Of a stretch of 64,000 nt of DNA, positions 52,723 to 62,446 are shown in pieces. Origin of the DNA: Nanobdellota archaeon (GTDB lineage: Archaea > Nanobdellota > Nanobdellia > Woesearchaeales > DATDXC01); contig JBDRFR010000069.1 in the NCBI GenBank assembly GCA_043818675.1, forward strand, positions 14,877 through 78,876, given 5' to 3'. The notes below the pieces were generated by a model, which ran no database searches, was not told where the DNA came from, and saw only the letters and a program-made list of their open reading frames with translations. The translations under genes were made by a program, and so were the position numbers. How positions within the stretch are numbered: position 1 is the first letter of the stretch; each line of letters starts with the position of its first letter.

Positions 52723-53460
52723 TTATGCAAGTTCAACATAAAAGTAATATGCTGTCGCAAGTCCGTCACTGCCGTCATCAGCGACGATCATTTGAAAATC
52801 ATAGCTATTGCCATCAAAACCAGTTGCATCCTGGTCAACTTCTGTTGCAAAAATTACAGTCCCTTGAGATCTTTCTGTTAAAAGAGTCTCATTAAAGTAA
52901 GTGCTTTGAGCGCCATTATTATCGTATGTATTTGTTGCATGGCAATTCTGAAGCAGTGTTCCGGCTATTGTAATGTTATTCAAAGTACTAAACGTTTCAT
53001 CAATACCATCATTATCAGAACTTACCATACCAAACATAGATTCAAGTGCTGTTTGATTGATTCCTTGTGTTCCCACAGAACCGTTTCCGCTAAAATTAAC
53101 ACAGATAACATCACCCCAGTCCACAATTGTGTTGTTTGCAGCATAAATTTCTCCAATTGGTGAAAAGCTTGAATCAGCAGTCCAATCATACATTGTATTG
53201 CCGCTTGCATCACCTAAGACCACTCTTCCAGAAATATTACCAAAATAACCTTGCCAATTGCCGGTTGCTTGTGAGATATTAATCTCAAGTTTAGTATTAT
53301 TCCCTCCGTACGCGCCCAGACCCTGCGGAGCTCCCGCACTCGTATTGGTTTTATAAGTAGTTACATTTTCAATGGTTGTTGGCCCCCACGGTGCTGCTGT
53401 TACAACTGAACATAATACACTAATCACTAATAATCCTATGAGTAATATTCTCGTTGTCAT
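52723..53460 (-). CDS. secreted ~245-aa protein, paralog 3
   Basis: Signal peptide. Same conserved core, ending 'AYYFYVELA'. GGAGGAAT Shine-Dalgarno-like motif upstream. T-rich run after the stop. Confidence 0.75.
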   Translation of the reverse strand: MTTRILLIGLLVISVLCSVVTAAPWGPTTIENVTTYKTNTSAGAPQGLGAYGGNNTKLEINISQATGNWQGYFGNISGRVVLGDASGNTMYDWTADSSFSPIGEIYAANNTIVDWGDVICVNFSGNGSVGTQGINQTALESMFGMVSSDNDGIDETFSTLNNITIAGTLLQNCHATNTYDNNGAQSTYFNETLLTERSQGTVIFATEVDQDATGFDGNSYDFQMIVADDGSDGLATAYYFYVELA

Positions 53461-53588
53461 TTTATTCCTCCATAATTACGCTTTCATTTACATTTGCGCA
53501 TAACAAAAATTATGCATGTTCAGCATAAAACTATATTCTTGTCTTCGTTTTTACCCTCATCAATTAAGTTGTGTAGGCATAACAAAAA

Positions 53589-54332
53589 TTATGCAAGCTC
53601 AACATAAAAGTAATAAGCTGTCGCAACTCCATCGCTGCCATCATCAGCAACAATCATCTGAAAGTCCCACTTGTTACCATCATATCCGGTAGCATCCTGG
53701 TCAACTTCTGTTGCAAAAATCACAGTCCCCTGCGATCTTTCTGTCAAAAGTGTTTCATTAAAATAAGTGCTCTGAATGCCGTTATTATCATACGTATTTG
53801 TGGCCCGGCAGTTCTCAACCATTGTTCCGGCTATTGTAATATTATTTATGCCAGTAAACGTTTCATCAATTCCATCTGTGTCTGTCGCACCCATACCATA
53901 CATAGATTCAAGTGTTGTATGATTAATTCCTTGCGATCCAATAGAGCCATTACCGCTAAAATTGACACAGATAACATCACTCCAGTCCACAATTGTTGCA
54001 TTAGCTGCATAAATTTCACCTATTGGTGAAAAGCTTGAACCAGCTGTCCAGTCATACATAGTATTGCCGTTTACATCACCCAAGACAACTTTTCCGGAAA
54101 TGTTACCAAAATAACCCTGCCAATTGCCCGTTGCTTGTGAGATATTAATTTCAAGCTGAGTATTATTCCCTCCATGTGCGCCAAGCGCCTGTGGAGTGCC
54201 GATACTCGTATTAGTTTTATAAGTAGTTACATTTTCAATGGATGTTGGCCCCCATGGTGCAGCCATCACAACCGAACATAATACAGTTATTACAAACAAC
54301 CCCAAAATCATTATTCTGATCTTCATTTTCAT
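53589..54332 (-). CDS. secreted ~245-aa protein, paralog 2
   Basis: Near-identical at nucleotide level to paralog 1 over long stretches. Signal peptide 'MKMKIRIMILGLFVITVLCSVVMAAP'. GGAGGAAATG upstream. Confidence 0.8.
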   Translation of the reverse strand: MKMKIRIMILGLFVITVLCSVVMAAPWGPTSIENVTTYKTNTSIGTPQALGAHGGNNTQLEINISQATGNWQGYFGNISGKVVLGDVNGNTMYDWTAGSSFSPIGEIYAANATIVDWSDVICVNFSGNGSIGSQGINHTTLESMYGMGATDTDGIDETFTGINNITIAGTMVENCRATNTYDNNGIQSTYFNETLLTERSQGTVIFATEVDQDATGYDGNKWDFQMIVADDGSDGVATAYYFYVELA

Positions 54333-54367
54333 TTCCTCCTTTTTATAATTTCAATTCATAACAAAAA

Positions 54368-55120
54368 TTATGCAAGCTCAACATAAAAGTAATAAGCTGT
54401 CGCAACTCCATCGCTGCCATCATCAGCAACAATCATCTGAAAGTCCCACCTGTTACCATCATAACCAACAGTATCCTGGTCAACTTGCGTTGCATAAATT
54501 ACTGTGCCTTGCGTCTTTTCTGTCAAAAGTGTCTCATTAAATTTGGTGGTTTGAACACCATTACTATCATATGTATTGGTCGCCCAACAGTTATCAATCA
54601 ATGTTCCAGCTATTGTAATGTTATTAATGCTGTTAAACGTTTCATCAATTCCATCAGTATCTGCTGCAAGCATACCATACATGGATTCAAGTATTGAATT
54701 GTTAATACCTGGAGGATTTGATCCATCAATAGAGCCGTTTCCAGTCAAGTTAAGACAAATAACGTCACCCCAGTCCACAATTGTTGCATTAGCTGCATAA
54801 ATTTCACCTATTGGTGAAAAGCTTGAACCAGCTGTCCAGTCATACATAGTATTGCCGTTTACATCACCCAGGACAACTTTTCCAGAAATGTTACCAAAAT
54901 AACCCTGCCAGTTACCCGTTGCTTGTGAGATATTGATTTCAAGCTGTGTATTATTTCCCCCGTGTGCGCCCAGCGCCTGTGGAGTGCCGACACTCGTATT
55001 AGTTTTATACGTAGTTACATTTTCAATGGATGTTGGCCCATACGGCGCAGCCATCACAACCGAACATAATACAGTTATTACAAACAACCCCAAAATCATC
55101 ATTCTTATCTTCATTTTCAT
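54368..55120 (-). CDS. secreted ~250-aa protein, paralog 1 (start trimmed from the track ORF 54368..55228 to the Met aligned with the other paralogs)
   Basis: 'MKMKIRMMILGLFVITVLCSVVMAAPYGPTSIENVTT' aligns with the paralog 2 start. AAGGAGGAA lies immediately upstream of 55120. The upstream 36 codons of the track ORF lack a signal peptide. Confidence 0.75.
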   Translation of the reverse strand: MKMKIRMMILGLFVITVLCSVVMAAPYGPTSIENVTTYKTNTSVGTPQALGAHGGNNTQLEINISQATGNWQGYFGNISGKVVLGDVNGNTMYDWTAGSSFSPIGEIYAANATIVDWGDVICLNLTGNGSIDGSNPPGINNSILESMYGMLAADTDGIDETFNSINNITIAGTLIDNCWATNTYDSNGVQTTKFNETLLTEKTQGTVIYATQVDQDTVGYDGNRWDFQMIVADDGSDGVATAYYFYVELA

Positions 55121-55248
55121 TTCCTCCTTTTTTAAATTTTTAATAATGTGTAAGCAAAAAAAAAGGGATTCAAGGCAGAAATCAAAAAGACGTGCGAGGT
55201 GTTTTAGATGTTCCCCTTGTTCTCCCAATTAATATAATACTCTAAATT

Positions 55249-55881
55249 TTAGTTATCACCCCTATCCTGGAATATACCTTTAATATCATATAATATTTGA
55301 AAAGAAGACATCTGCCCTTTTTTGATACCTTTTTCAATTTCTTCCGGGGTTATAATTTCCACCCTAAAATTCTTCAATCCCTGGTTTTGTTTTTTTATTG
55401 ATACGTCTTTAATCTTTTTCTCCAGTTCTTTTGGGAATACTGTCCCAATCATAACATCTACGTTATCGCCGCCTGGTCTAATTGCTATTATTTCAATTTT
55501 GGATAAATAATCTTCAATGCCCCAGACAAATTTTTCAATGTAATATTGGAATTCTTGATCAGGCAGAAACATAATCTTAAACAAAATTTTATGCATACCA
55601 TCAACTTTTACTAGTTTTTTATCGGCAAACCCGTTCATTATAGAAATAACATAAGCATAATCCTCAGGGATATAAAATAGTGTTCTTGGCTTTCCTTTAT
55701 CTCTGTTTGGTATTTTCTTTTTTTTGACCATGTTTGAAAATTCCAGAAGTCTTAATTGTTGGCTGATATTTGCCATTGTAGTGCTTGACTTTTCTGCAAG
55801 CTGCAAAGGAGAAAATTTACCTTTTGCAAGTTCTCTTAGAATATTCCACTTCTGTTCTGTGAATAATGTTACAAGGTCCAT
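55249..55881 (-). CDS. winged-HTH (ArsR/MarR-like) transcriptional regulator with C-terminal sensor-like domain
   Basis: 'WNILRELAKGKFSPLQLAEKSSTTMANISQQLRLLEFSNMV' is an HTH segment. It is the first gene of the minus-strand block that precedes the 4-paralog array. Confidence 0.6.
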   Translation of the reverse strand: MDLVTLFTEQKWNILRELAKGKFSPLQLAEKSSTTMANISQQLRLLEFSNMVKKKKIPNRDKGKPRTLFYIPEDYAYVISIMNGFADKKLVKVDGMHKILFKIMFLPDQEFQYYIEKFVWGIEDYLSKIEIIAIRPGGDNVDVMIGTVFPKELEKKIKDVSIKKQNQGLKNFRVEIITPEEIEKGIKKGQMSSFQILYDIKGIFQDRGDN

Positions 55882-56096
55882 CTTTTATCCCACTAATAGC
55901 CAAATAGCTGAATTGGTATACTAGTCTATATCTAAGACAACTTATATATAAATGTTTCGATTATTAGTTAAGTAGTGTATTATTGTACTTTTTATAAAAA
56001 AAGAATTAAAGTAATTATGTAATTAATTAAATACTAAATTAGTATACAATTTATAGTCGATAACCTACTAAAATAATAAAAAAAATAGAAGATTAA
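55882..56096 (-). promoter_or_regulatory. AT-rich intergenic region upstream of the wHTH regulator and 4-paralog array (probable BRE/TATA promoter region)
   Basis: 215 nt, about 85% A+T, with several TATA-like hexamers on the minus strand (e.g. revcomp of 'tttatataaat'). No ORF. Confidence 0.3.
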
Positions 56097-58421
56097 TTAT
56101 TTATACAGGCTATCTTCAATAACTGCGATTGTATCTTCTTTTGTTTTTGCTGCTCGGAGTTTTTCTGCTGTCTCTTTATCTGACCCCATGATCCAGTCTG
56201 CAAAAATATTTTCAGATTCAGATGCATGCGCTGCATACGTTCCTTCATCCATAGTATTGATTTCATCAATCAATTCCTGCGGCGATGATACGGTAACTCC
56301 GTTCTTAAGCTTCAATGGTGGCAGCTTTTTTTGTTCTTTTTTCTTTTCTTGTTTTGCAGCTGCTTTTTTTGCCTCTTCTGGATGTTCTTTTTCGAATTTT
56401 TCCCTTTCTTTTTTAGCCTTTTCAAATTCTTCCTGCAATTCTTTTTCAGAAACAAGCTTCAGTTTTCTCTTCTTAGCTTGTTTGCCAATTTTATCCCATG
56501 CAGTGTCAAGCCTAGGTTTTAAGCCTTCCAGATAAATATCAACCATGTTAAAACTGCCAGACTTAACTTTATCAAGCGCCATCTTAAGTTCCAGTTTTAG
56601 ATCAAAAATATCAACCTCTTCCTCTCTAAGCTGTTCAATCTGATCATCCAGATCGTCTATTATATCATTATACTTATTGTAATTATCAAGTTCTTCGTCT
56701 GTTAATCTTGCATGTTCATGTAAAAGAGGCCTAAAACTTACAAAATAAGGATTGCCTCTGTTATATGCAGAATTTGAAATCATCCCTGTGCCTGTTGCAG
56801 ACTTCAGTAGAGATTGCAGCATGTAAGACCCATATTTATCTTTTATCCTGTTCAAATCGCCTTCATCACGTGTACGCATTTGAATTTCTGTATTAATATT
56901 TGCTTTTGTTTCACCTATAAAATCTGTCAGAACCTGGCTGATCAACACAAGGCCGACCCCCCATTTTCTAAATTCTCTTGCGCCTCTTTCAATTTGGATA
57001 AAACCCTGTCCGGTTCCGCCGAATTTTGGCAGCAGTCTGTGAACCTCGTCAAAAATTACAATAAGCCTTAATTGCGGGCTTTCTGGCAGGTCGGCGTGAA
57101 ATACTTCTCTGATTGTATTGGCTACAAGTATATCACTGTCTTTGGGATCAAGTTTATTGATAGCAAAAACGTGAATTTCACCAGGAATTAAGTATTTTTT
57201 TATATCAATGATCTGGCGAGCATCCATAATCTGGTGCACATTCCCGTTAAATGCTCTTGCATCCGTTTTCTTGAGTCCGTAACTAGGATACAAAGCTATC
57301 ATTTTTTTATTCGTGCATTTTCTAAGAAAGCCTGTCCACTGCGCTGTTGGGTCAAACACTATAATCGCAACTCCTTTTAACAGCGCTTCTTCTACAAGAA
57401 CTTCCGCAGAAACTGTCTTTCCACCGCCTGTTGAACCGGCAATTAGGCTGTGAATTGTCAGCTGATCCATATCAAAATACGCTTTAACTTTTGATTCAGC
57501 AATTTTTCCGATAAGAATCGACCGCTCGCCAGGTTTTGGCAGCAATTTAAAGTCAATTTTACCTTTATATCTTTTCTTTTTAGCAAGCCTTTTGCGTATT
57601 ATTAAAAATACTAATGCAGCTATTGCAAGAAAAGATAGTGTTAATAACAGCCATCTCACAGGCATTATCCCAAAAATCAGATAATCCCATATCGGTTCAC
57701 TTACTAAGAATCTCGCGCTTGCAGTTGATGATATCCCCAGATAATCCACGCGAGCTGTAATTACATACTCACCCGGTCTGATAAATTCAGGTACTTCAAA
57801 AAATTTTATAAGAGTTGTTGACTTATTAAGTCTTAAGTTCTCAGTTTCTTCCAGAAAAGTTTTGTTGACCAGATAAGTTTTTTTATCTGCCATGCTGTCA
57901 ATCGAATAATGCAAAGTAATATTAAATCCATCTTTCAATAAAAGATTATGAATATTAATCTTATACCTTAAAGTATCCTTAAGATATACTCTTTCTGATA
58001 ATGGCTCAACTTTGATAGAAATTGCGCTAATAGGAACTCCGCTAATATCCCCTACTGTTAGCATTGCAGGTATTCTTTCATTGACATTTCCGGATAAGAC
58101 TAATGTTCCGTTAAAAAAACCCATGTTATCAGCAAAAAATAAAATTTTGGCATCTGCACTTGATTTTGCCTCAAGATTAATAGTCGTCACATCAGGCACC
58201 ATATAACTGCTGATGTTGCCCTCTGATGAAAACATTACCGTTATTGGATTATCGCCTTTATTTTCAATGGTAAGCACATGCTCTTCGAATTTGCCTATTT
58301 TAACATTTTTAATTATTATATCATCCGATATTCGATAATTGCTATTTTCAATTTGTGCAGCAACATTTATAGACATTAATATTACTATTATTACTATCGC
58401 AAAACCTCTATTTTTTATCAT
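56097..58421 (-). CDS. membrane protein: extracellular beta-sandwich domains, one TM helix and a cytoplasmic HerA/FtsK-superfamily ATPase (standalone paralog of the giant protein's C-terminal module)
   Basis: Signal peptide 'MIKNRGFAIVIIVILMSINVAA'. Two Ig-like domains. TM 'VRWLLLTLSFLAIAALVFLII' followed by 'RKRLAKKKRYK'. Walker A 'LIAGSTGGGKT', 'IIVFDPTAQWTGFLRKC', Walker B 'LIVIFDEVHRLLPKFGG' and 'REFRKWGVGLVLISQVLTDF' are collinear with giant aa ~11330-12098. K/E-rich tail. Start overlaps the stop of the 1342-aa gene by 4 nt. Confidence 0.8.
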   Translation of the reverse strand: MIKNRGFAIVIIVILMSINVAAQIENSNYRISDDIIIKNVKIGKFEEHVLTIENKGDNPITVMFSSEGNISSYMVPDVTTINLEAKSSADAKILFFADNMGFFNGTLVLSGNVNERIPAMLTVGDISGVPISAISIKVEPLSERVYLKDTLRYKINIHNLLLKDGFNITLHYSIDSMADKKTYLVNKTFLEETENLRLNKSTTLIKFFEVPEFIRPGEYVITARVDYLGISSTASARFLVSEPIWDYLIFGIMPVRWLLLTLSFLAIAALVFLIIRKRLAKKKRYKGKIDFKLLPKPGERSILIGKIAESKVKAYFDMDQLTIHSLIAGSTGGGKTVSAEVLVEEALLKGVAIIVFDPTAQWTGFLRKCTNKKMIALYPSYGLKKTDARAFNGNVHQIMDARQIIDIKKYLIPGEIHVFAINKLDPKDSDILVANTIREVFHADLPESPQLRLIVIFDEVHRLLPKFGGTGQGFIQIERGAREFRKWGVGLVLISQVLTDFIGETKANINTEIQMRTRDEGDLNRIKDKYGSYMLQSLLKSATGTGMISNSAYNRGNPYFVSFRPLLHEHARLTDEELDNYNKYNDIIDDLDDQIEQLREEEVDIFDLKLELKMALDKVKSGSFNMVDIYLEGLKPRLDTAWDKIGKQAKKRKLKLVSEKELQEEFEKAKKEREKFEKEHPEEAKKAAAKQEKKKEQKKLPPLKLKNGVTVSSPQELIDEINTMDEGTYAAHASESENIFADWIMGSDKETAEKLRAAKTKEDTIAVIEDSLYK

Positions 58422-61400
58422 TTTGACAGTTTCTCTCTCAACTCACCGCATTTCTTAATAACTTCTGATTTATACTCCGGAACAATTTTTTTGTAAATCT
58501 CATTGACTTTGTGATAAATTTCAACTGCTTCAGTTCGCTTATTATTTTCCAATTTGGATATGGCTTTGTCAATAAGGCTCTTGATATGAAACACATCCAG
58601 TTTATATGATAATGCCACAACACTTTGATAGACTTCTTTTCTCATCTCCTTTGGAAGTTTAGAATATGAACTCTGTGAATCCAGATATAGCGATTTGGCC
58701 CGATCATATTTCCCGTCATTAAGCTCTTTTTTAGCATTTTCAATGTTATTTTTTATACTGTCAACATTCTTTAAAGATGCCCGATCCAGAATATGATATT
58801 TAATATTAGTTCCTTTTAGAGTATAACCAAGGTACAAAAGTACAAGAATAATTATAACAAAAACCTCAATAACAATCCGTCTATCGCTTGTCGTAACGAA
58901 TTTTGACTTAAGATTATCGATTACTGCAAACCCGGTAATTGGCGAGAGTTCTGGTTTTTGGCCAGGATCCATAATCACAGAAACTGTAGTTTGTATTTTT
59001 TCCAGCTCAATTTCATCTTGAACGTAATAAGCAATACTTTCCGCTTCTTCTAAGCTAAGCTCAATAATGGGATCTTCTTCAATTACACTGTATTCAAACA
59101 TAAATTCAATATCATTAACGCTTTCTGCTATTTCTTTTGGGATATATTCAATCATAATATATCCATTCGAATCCAAGTCCAGGCTAAAAGCTTTTTCAAC
59201 CAGTGTATATCTCTCTTTATCATTGGATAAATATTCCAACTCAACCACAAAAGCTTTGGTTGTGACTGTCAGAAGTGATTGAAGTTTAGAATTTTGCTCA
59301 ACTACATTATTAATTTCCCTTTTTGTATATTTCTTATTTTTTTTATTCAAATACGCTAATGTTAGATTCCTGATCTCTTCTGCCTTAGGATACACAACAA
59401 ACTCCTTTGAGTCCAGAACTTTCAGGTCGGTGGGTATTGCATCCCGGATATTTGCGATTTCTGCATATATTGCATTTTCTTCCTTTTCATACTCAGTATC
59501 ATTCAGTTTTCTCCATATTAGATTGTTTAAGTCTCTTTTATATCGTGTAAGTTTAACTTTTGATTTGTCAAGTTTGACAAAAATCCCAAGAATATCCATA
59601 ACCTCTTTTTCAGTTTTGCCCTTTTTTTGAAATTCCTGATAAATTTGGTCAATTTTTGAGATCAGCGGATCAATCTCTGTGTTATCCTTATTTAACGTTT
59701 TCCCGAATAAATAAACAATAAATGTCCTTGTAGAGCTTATCTCAGAATTTCCGTGTTCATCTGTGCATTTAATTCTATACTCATAGCTTCCATTCTGAAG
59801 AGAAGTTATGCTAAATTTGTTCTCAGAGCCTTTTAAAACATTGCTTTGGCTCTCCTTTTCTATCCACCAGCTGCTATGTTCATTGATATTAAGCGCGCAA
59901 TCCACATTAGACTGATCTTCCACTCGATACAATATTTCAACACTGGTTCCTTCAATTCGCTGTTGGTCTGGTGGATTTAACAATGTTACAACAGGCCCTT
60001 TTTTGTCATTTGTATCAATTGACAAATTCACATAAAGAGTTGTATCCGCAAAAACTCTTACACTATCGTTTATATAAGTATTATAGCCGTCATGTTTCAC
60101 TTTTAATTTATACGTGCCGTAATACACCAAAAAACTGGTTTTGCCTTCCGATGTTGTATTCTTGATAACAGTATCAAACTCTACATCAGCATTTCCCACA
60201 TTTTGTTTAGAGACATTATTAACAATGATTGTAACATTGAACCTTTTTTTGACAATGATTGTTTCAATATCTGATGCCTTTTGCGCGCTGTCTGTTACAG
60301 TTAGGTTTACTTTATAAGTTCCATTTGTTGCATATGTTTTTACAAGTTCAGATGAATAGCTGTCAATAGACTTATCATTTGAAATATCCCATTGATAGGT
60401 AAGTGATCCTGTATGCCCGCTTACTATCGGAACAAATTTAACAGTTTCCCCTTCATTTATTGTGGTTTTATTGGCGCTGATCTGCACGCTGAGCGTTGAT
60501 GTGGGTGGATAAACAATAAAGCTTACTATTTTACTTTCACTATTTCCTTTGTAATACGATGTTGCATTCAGGGTATATGTGCTAGGCGAATTAATATTAT
60601 CAAGAATAGTTGTTACGTATATTGGATAATCCGAAGAATAGCCGGTTATTGACTTCCTGCTTACAACAGATCCGCCTGTTTTAACAGTCATATTGACTAT
60701 AGAATTCGCTCTTGATATGATTGTTGCTGCGATATCTTCACCTAATTCATAATTACTTTTATCCAGACTAATTGAAAAGCCTACACAATTGCCGCATTGT
60801 CCGCCGCAATCAATGCCTGTTTCACCACCGTTTTTAATACCGTCTAAACACGTTGCAGAATAACTAAAACTAAAAGAATAGCTGTATAGTTGATTATTGC
60901 CCTGCATATCAGTAGCATTTATTAAAAGAATATTTGCACCTGTCTTTAATTCCAATGTGATTGATTTTTCTTTGCCAAAATATGCCTCAGTGCTGTACTG
61001 TCCATTATTCAACTTATATGAGATAAACGCATATTCATTTGGCCGCAGCTTTAGATTGGTAATATTGCTGGAATTAGTTACTACACTATTATTCACAGGA
61101 ATGCTATTATAAGTTAGGTTTATTTTAGGAGCCGCATCATCATTAACGCTAAAACTATAATTGTATGTCAATATATTGGAATTATTATCATTAAGGCTGA
61201 TTGTTACAATATGTGCACCATTTTCAATCACGCCATTAGAAAAGCTGCCATTAAGTAGCACTGAAAAAGTTTTTGACTCAGGCAATGCTGCATATCTCTG
61301 ATTTTTAAACGATATATTTGCATATACAGGGATATCAGTTGAAAAGTTCAGATAAACATTTTCCCCGCATTTCAAAGGGCTGACGGGTGAATTGATTGTC

Positions 61401-62446
61401 AAATTTAGTTCAGACATATTAAGCGCCACAATTATTGATGAAAAGTGTGAAACATATACTTCCAGCTTATCTCCATTTTTGTGATAGCATCCTTGCGCTC
61501 CAAAATCACATTCAGGCAGTTTAACACATTCAAACGAGTCTGAACAATGCAGAACTTGGTTATAGATAATTCCCGTTATATTAAATTCCACGCGTCCCTG
61601 GTATCCTTCCTCAAGTATAACTTTCTCGATACCGCTAACTTCTATCGACTTTCGGACTATTGATCCCAAATTTTCAATATGATTTCTTAAATTCTCATCT
61701 TCTTTACTGATAGTTATTTTATCCAACTCTTCAAATTGAATATTATTGCTCTTAAAATTTTCAATACTGACAATATCACCTCCGTGGTACATATCCAGCC
61801 TCAGGTTTTGATTATGAAAATCTGATACAGCCGAACCCCCCTTTAAGTCTGTAAGTGAGATTTTACTAAGCTTATTATTTTTCTTCAGCCTCTCCAGTTT
61901 TTCAATCACAGAAAATTCTTTACTCGAAGGCTGCTTTCCATTAAAATAATCTTCATCAAGAAATACCGCATATAGATAATCATAATTACTGTAATATATT
62001 TCTGAATAGGGGTTTTCTGAGCTTACCGAATAATCAACATATAATACTCGCGCGCTCACCTTATTATTAACCGACGCATCATATTGCCCGTAATTAAGAT
62101 AAAAAATATCATTCCATTTATTCTTAGTTGCAGTAAGTCCAATAAAATTACAGCAAACATTGTTCCCATAACAAACTGTTGTCATTTTGTTTGTATCAAC
62201 GGACAATATTTCCCATCTTGTGCACAGCTTATTTTTGTTAAGATCCCAGTTGAACTCTGTATCTTCAACAGTAAAGTCAATTACACTTTTATCACCTTCA
62301 ACCCCGTCAGAATTATTGTCATAATATTTATCATTCTGATATTTAAGATTAATCTGAATTTTTTCAGATTCTGCGCAAATTACAGAAAGATTAAGCGCTA
62401 TCATTAGTAAGATTAGACAGCCCAAAATCTTAGAGTATTTCTTCAT
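58418..62446 (-). CDS. large surface protein (1342 aa): Cys-rich N-domain, Ig-like/PKD domains, C-terminal TM and cytoplasmic helical tail
   Basis: Signal peptide 'MKKYSKILGCLILLMIALNLSVICA'. 'NKLCTRWEILSVDTNKMTTVCYGNNVCCNFIGL...FYLNYGQYDASVNNKVSARVLYVDYSVSSENPYSEIYYS' is paralogous to the 751-aa protein's N-domain. PKD motif 'SLTYQWDISNDKS...TYATNGTYKVNLTVTDSAQ'. Cys cluster 'CLDGIKNGGETGIDCGGQCGNC'. TM 'VIEVFVIIILVLLYLGYTL'. Confidence 0.8.
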   Translation of the reverse strand: MKKYSKILGCLILLMIALNLSVICAESEKIQINLKYQNDKYYDNNSDGVEGDKSVIDFTVEDTEFNWDLNKNKLCTRWEILSVDTNKMTTVCYGNNVCCNFIGLTATKNKWNDIFYLNYGQYDASVNNKVSARVLYVDYSVSSENPYSEIYYSNYDYLYAVFLDEDYFNGKQPSSKEFSVIEKLERLKKNNKLSKISLTDLKGGSAVSDFHNQNLRLDMYHGGDIVSIENFKSNNIQFEELDKITISKEDENLRNHIENLGSIVRKSIEVSGIEKVILEEGYQGRVEFNITGIIYNQVLHCSDSFECVKLPECDFGAQGCYHKNGDKLEVYVSHFSSIIVALNMSELNLTINSPVSPLKCGENVYLNFSTDIPVYANISFKNQRYAALPESKTFSVLLNGSFSNGVIENGAHIVTISLNDNNSNILTYNYSFSVNDDAAPKINLTYNSIPVNNSVVTNSSNITNLKLRPNEYAFISYKLNNGQYSTEAYFGKEKSITLELKTGANILLINATDMQGNNQLYSYSFSFSYSATCLDGIKNGGETGIDCGGQCGNCVGFSISLDKSNYELGEDIAATIISRANSIVNMTVKTGGSVVSRKSITGYSSDYPIYVTTILDNINSPSTYTLNATSYYKGNSESKIVSFIVYPPTSTLSVQISANKTTINEGETVKFVPIVSGHTGSLTYQWDISNDKSIDSYSSELVKTYATNGTYKVNLTVTDSAQKASDIETIIVKKRFNVTIIVNNVSKQNVGNADVEFDTVIKNTTSEGKTSFLVYYGTYKLKVKHDGYNTYINDSVRVFADTTLYVNLSIDTNDKKGPVVTLLNPPDQQRIEGTSVEILYRVEDQSNVDCALNINEHSSWWIEKESQSNVLKGSENKFSITSLQNGSYEYRIKCTDEHGNSEISSTRTFIVYLFGKTLNKDNTEIDPLISKIDQIYQEFQKKGKTEKEVMDILGIFVKLDKSKVKLTRYKRDLNNLIWRKLNDTEYEKEENAIYAEIANIRDAIPTDLKVLDSKEFVVYPKAEEIRNLTLAYLNKKNKKYTKREINNVVEQNSKLQSLLTVTTKAFVVELEYLSNDKERYTLVEKAFSLDLDSNGYIMIEYIPKEIAESVNDIEFMFEYSVIEEDPIIELSLEEAESIAYYVQDEIELEKIQTTVSVIMDPGQKPELSPITGFAVIDNLKSKFVTTSDRRIVIEVFVIIILVLLYLGYTLKGTNIKYHILDRASLKNVDSIKNNIENAKKELNDGKYDRAKSLYLDSQSSYSKLPKEMRKEVYQSVVALSYKLDVFHIKSLIDKAISKLENNKRTEAVEIYHKVNEIYKKIVPEYKSEVIKKCGELREKLSK

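Noticed and set aside
54368-55228. Upstream 36 codons of the track ORF for paralog 1 (MGEQGEHLKHLARLFDF...)
   Set aside because: This extension lacks a signal peptide and has no counterpart in the other three paralogs. The internal Met at 55120 aligns with the paralog 2 start and has an AAGGAGGAA ribosome-binding site, so the extension is treated as 5' UTR.
54485-55232. + strand ORFs overlapping paralogs 1 and 2 of the secreted-protein array
   Set aside because: Antisense frames of well-supported minus-strand paralog genes. The paralogs are conserved in four copies with signal peptides and ribosome-binding sites.
56188-56535. + strand ORFs (115 and 63 aa) inside the 774-aa ATPase gene
   Set aside because: Antisense of the K/E-rich coiled-coil tail, giving F/S/C-rich junk translations such as 'FFFLFLFCSCFF'.
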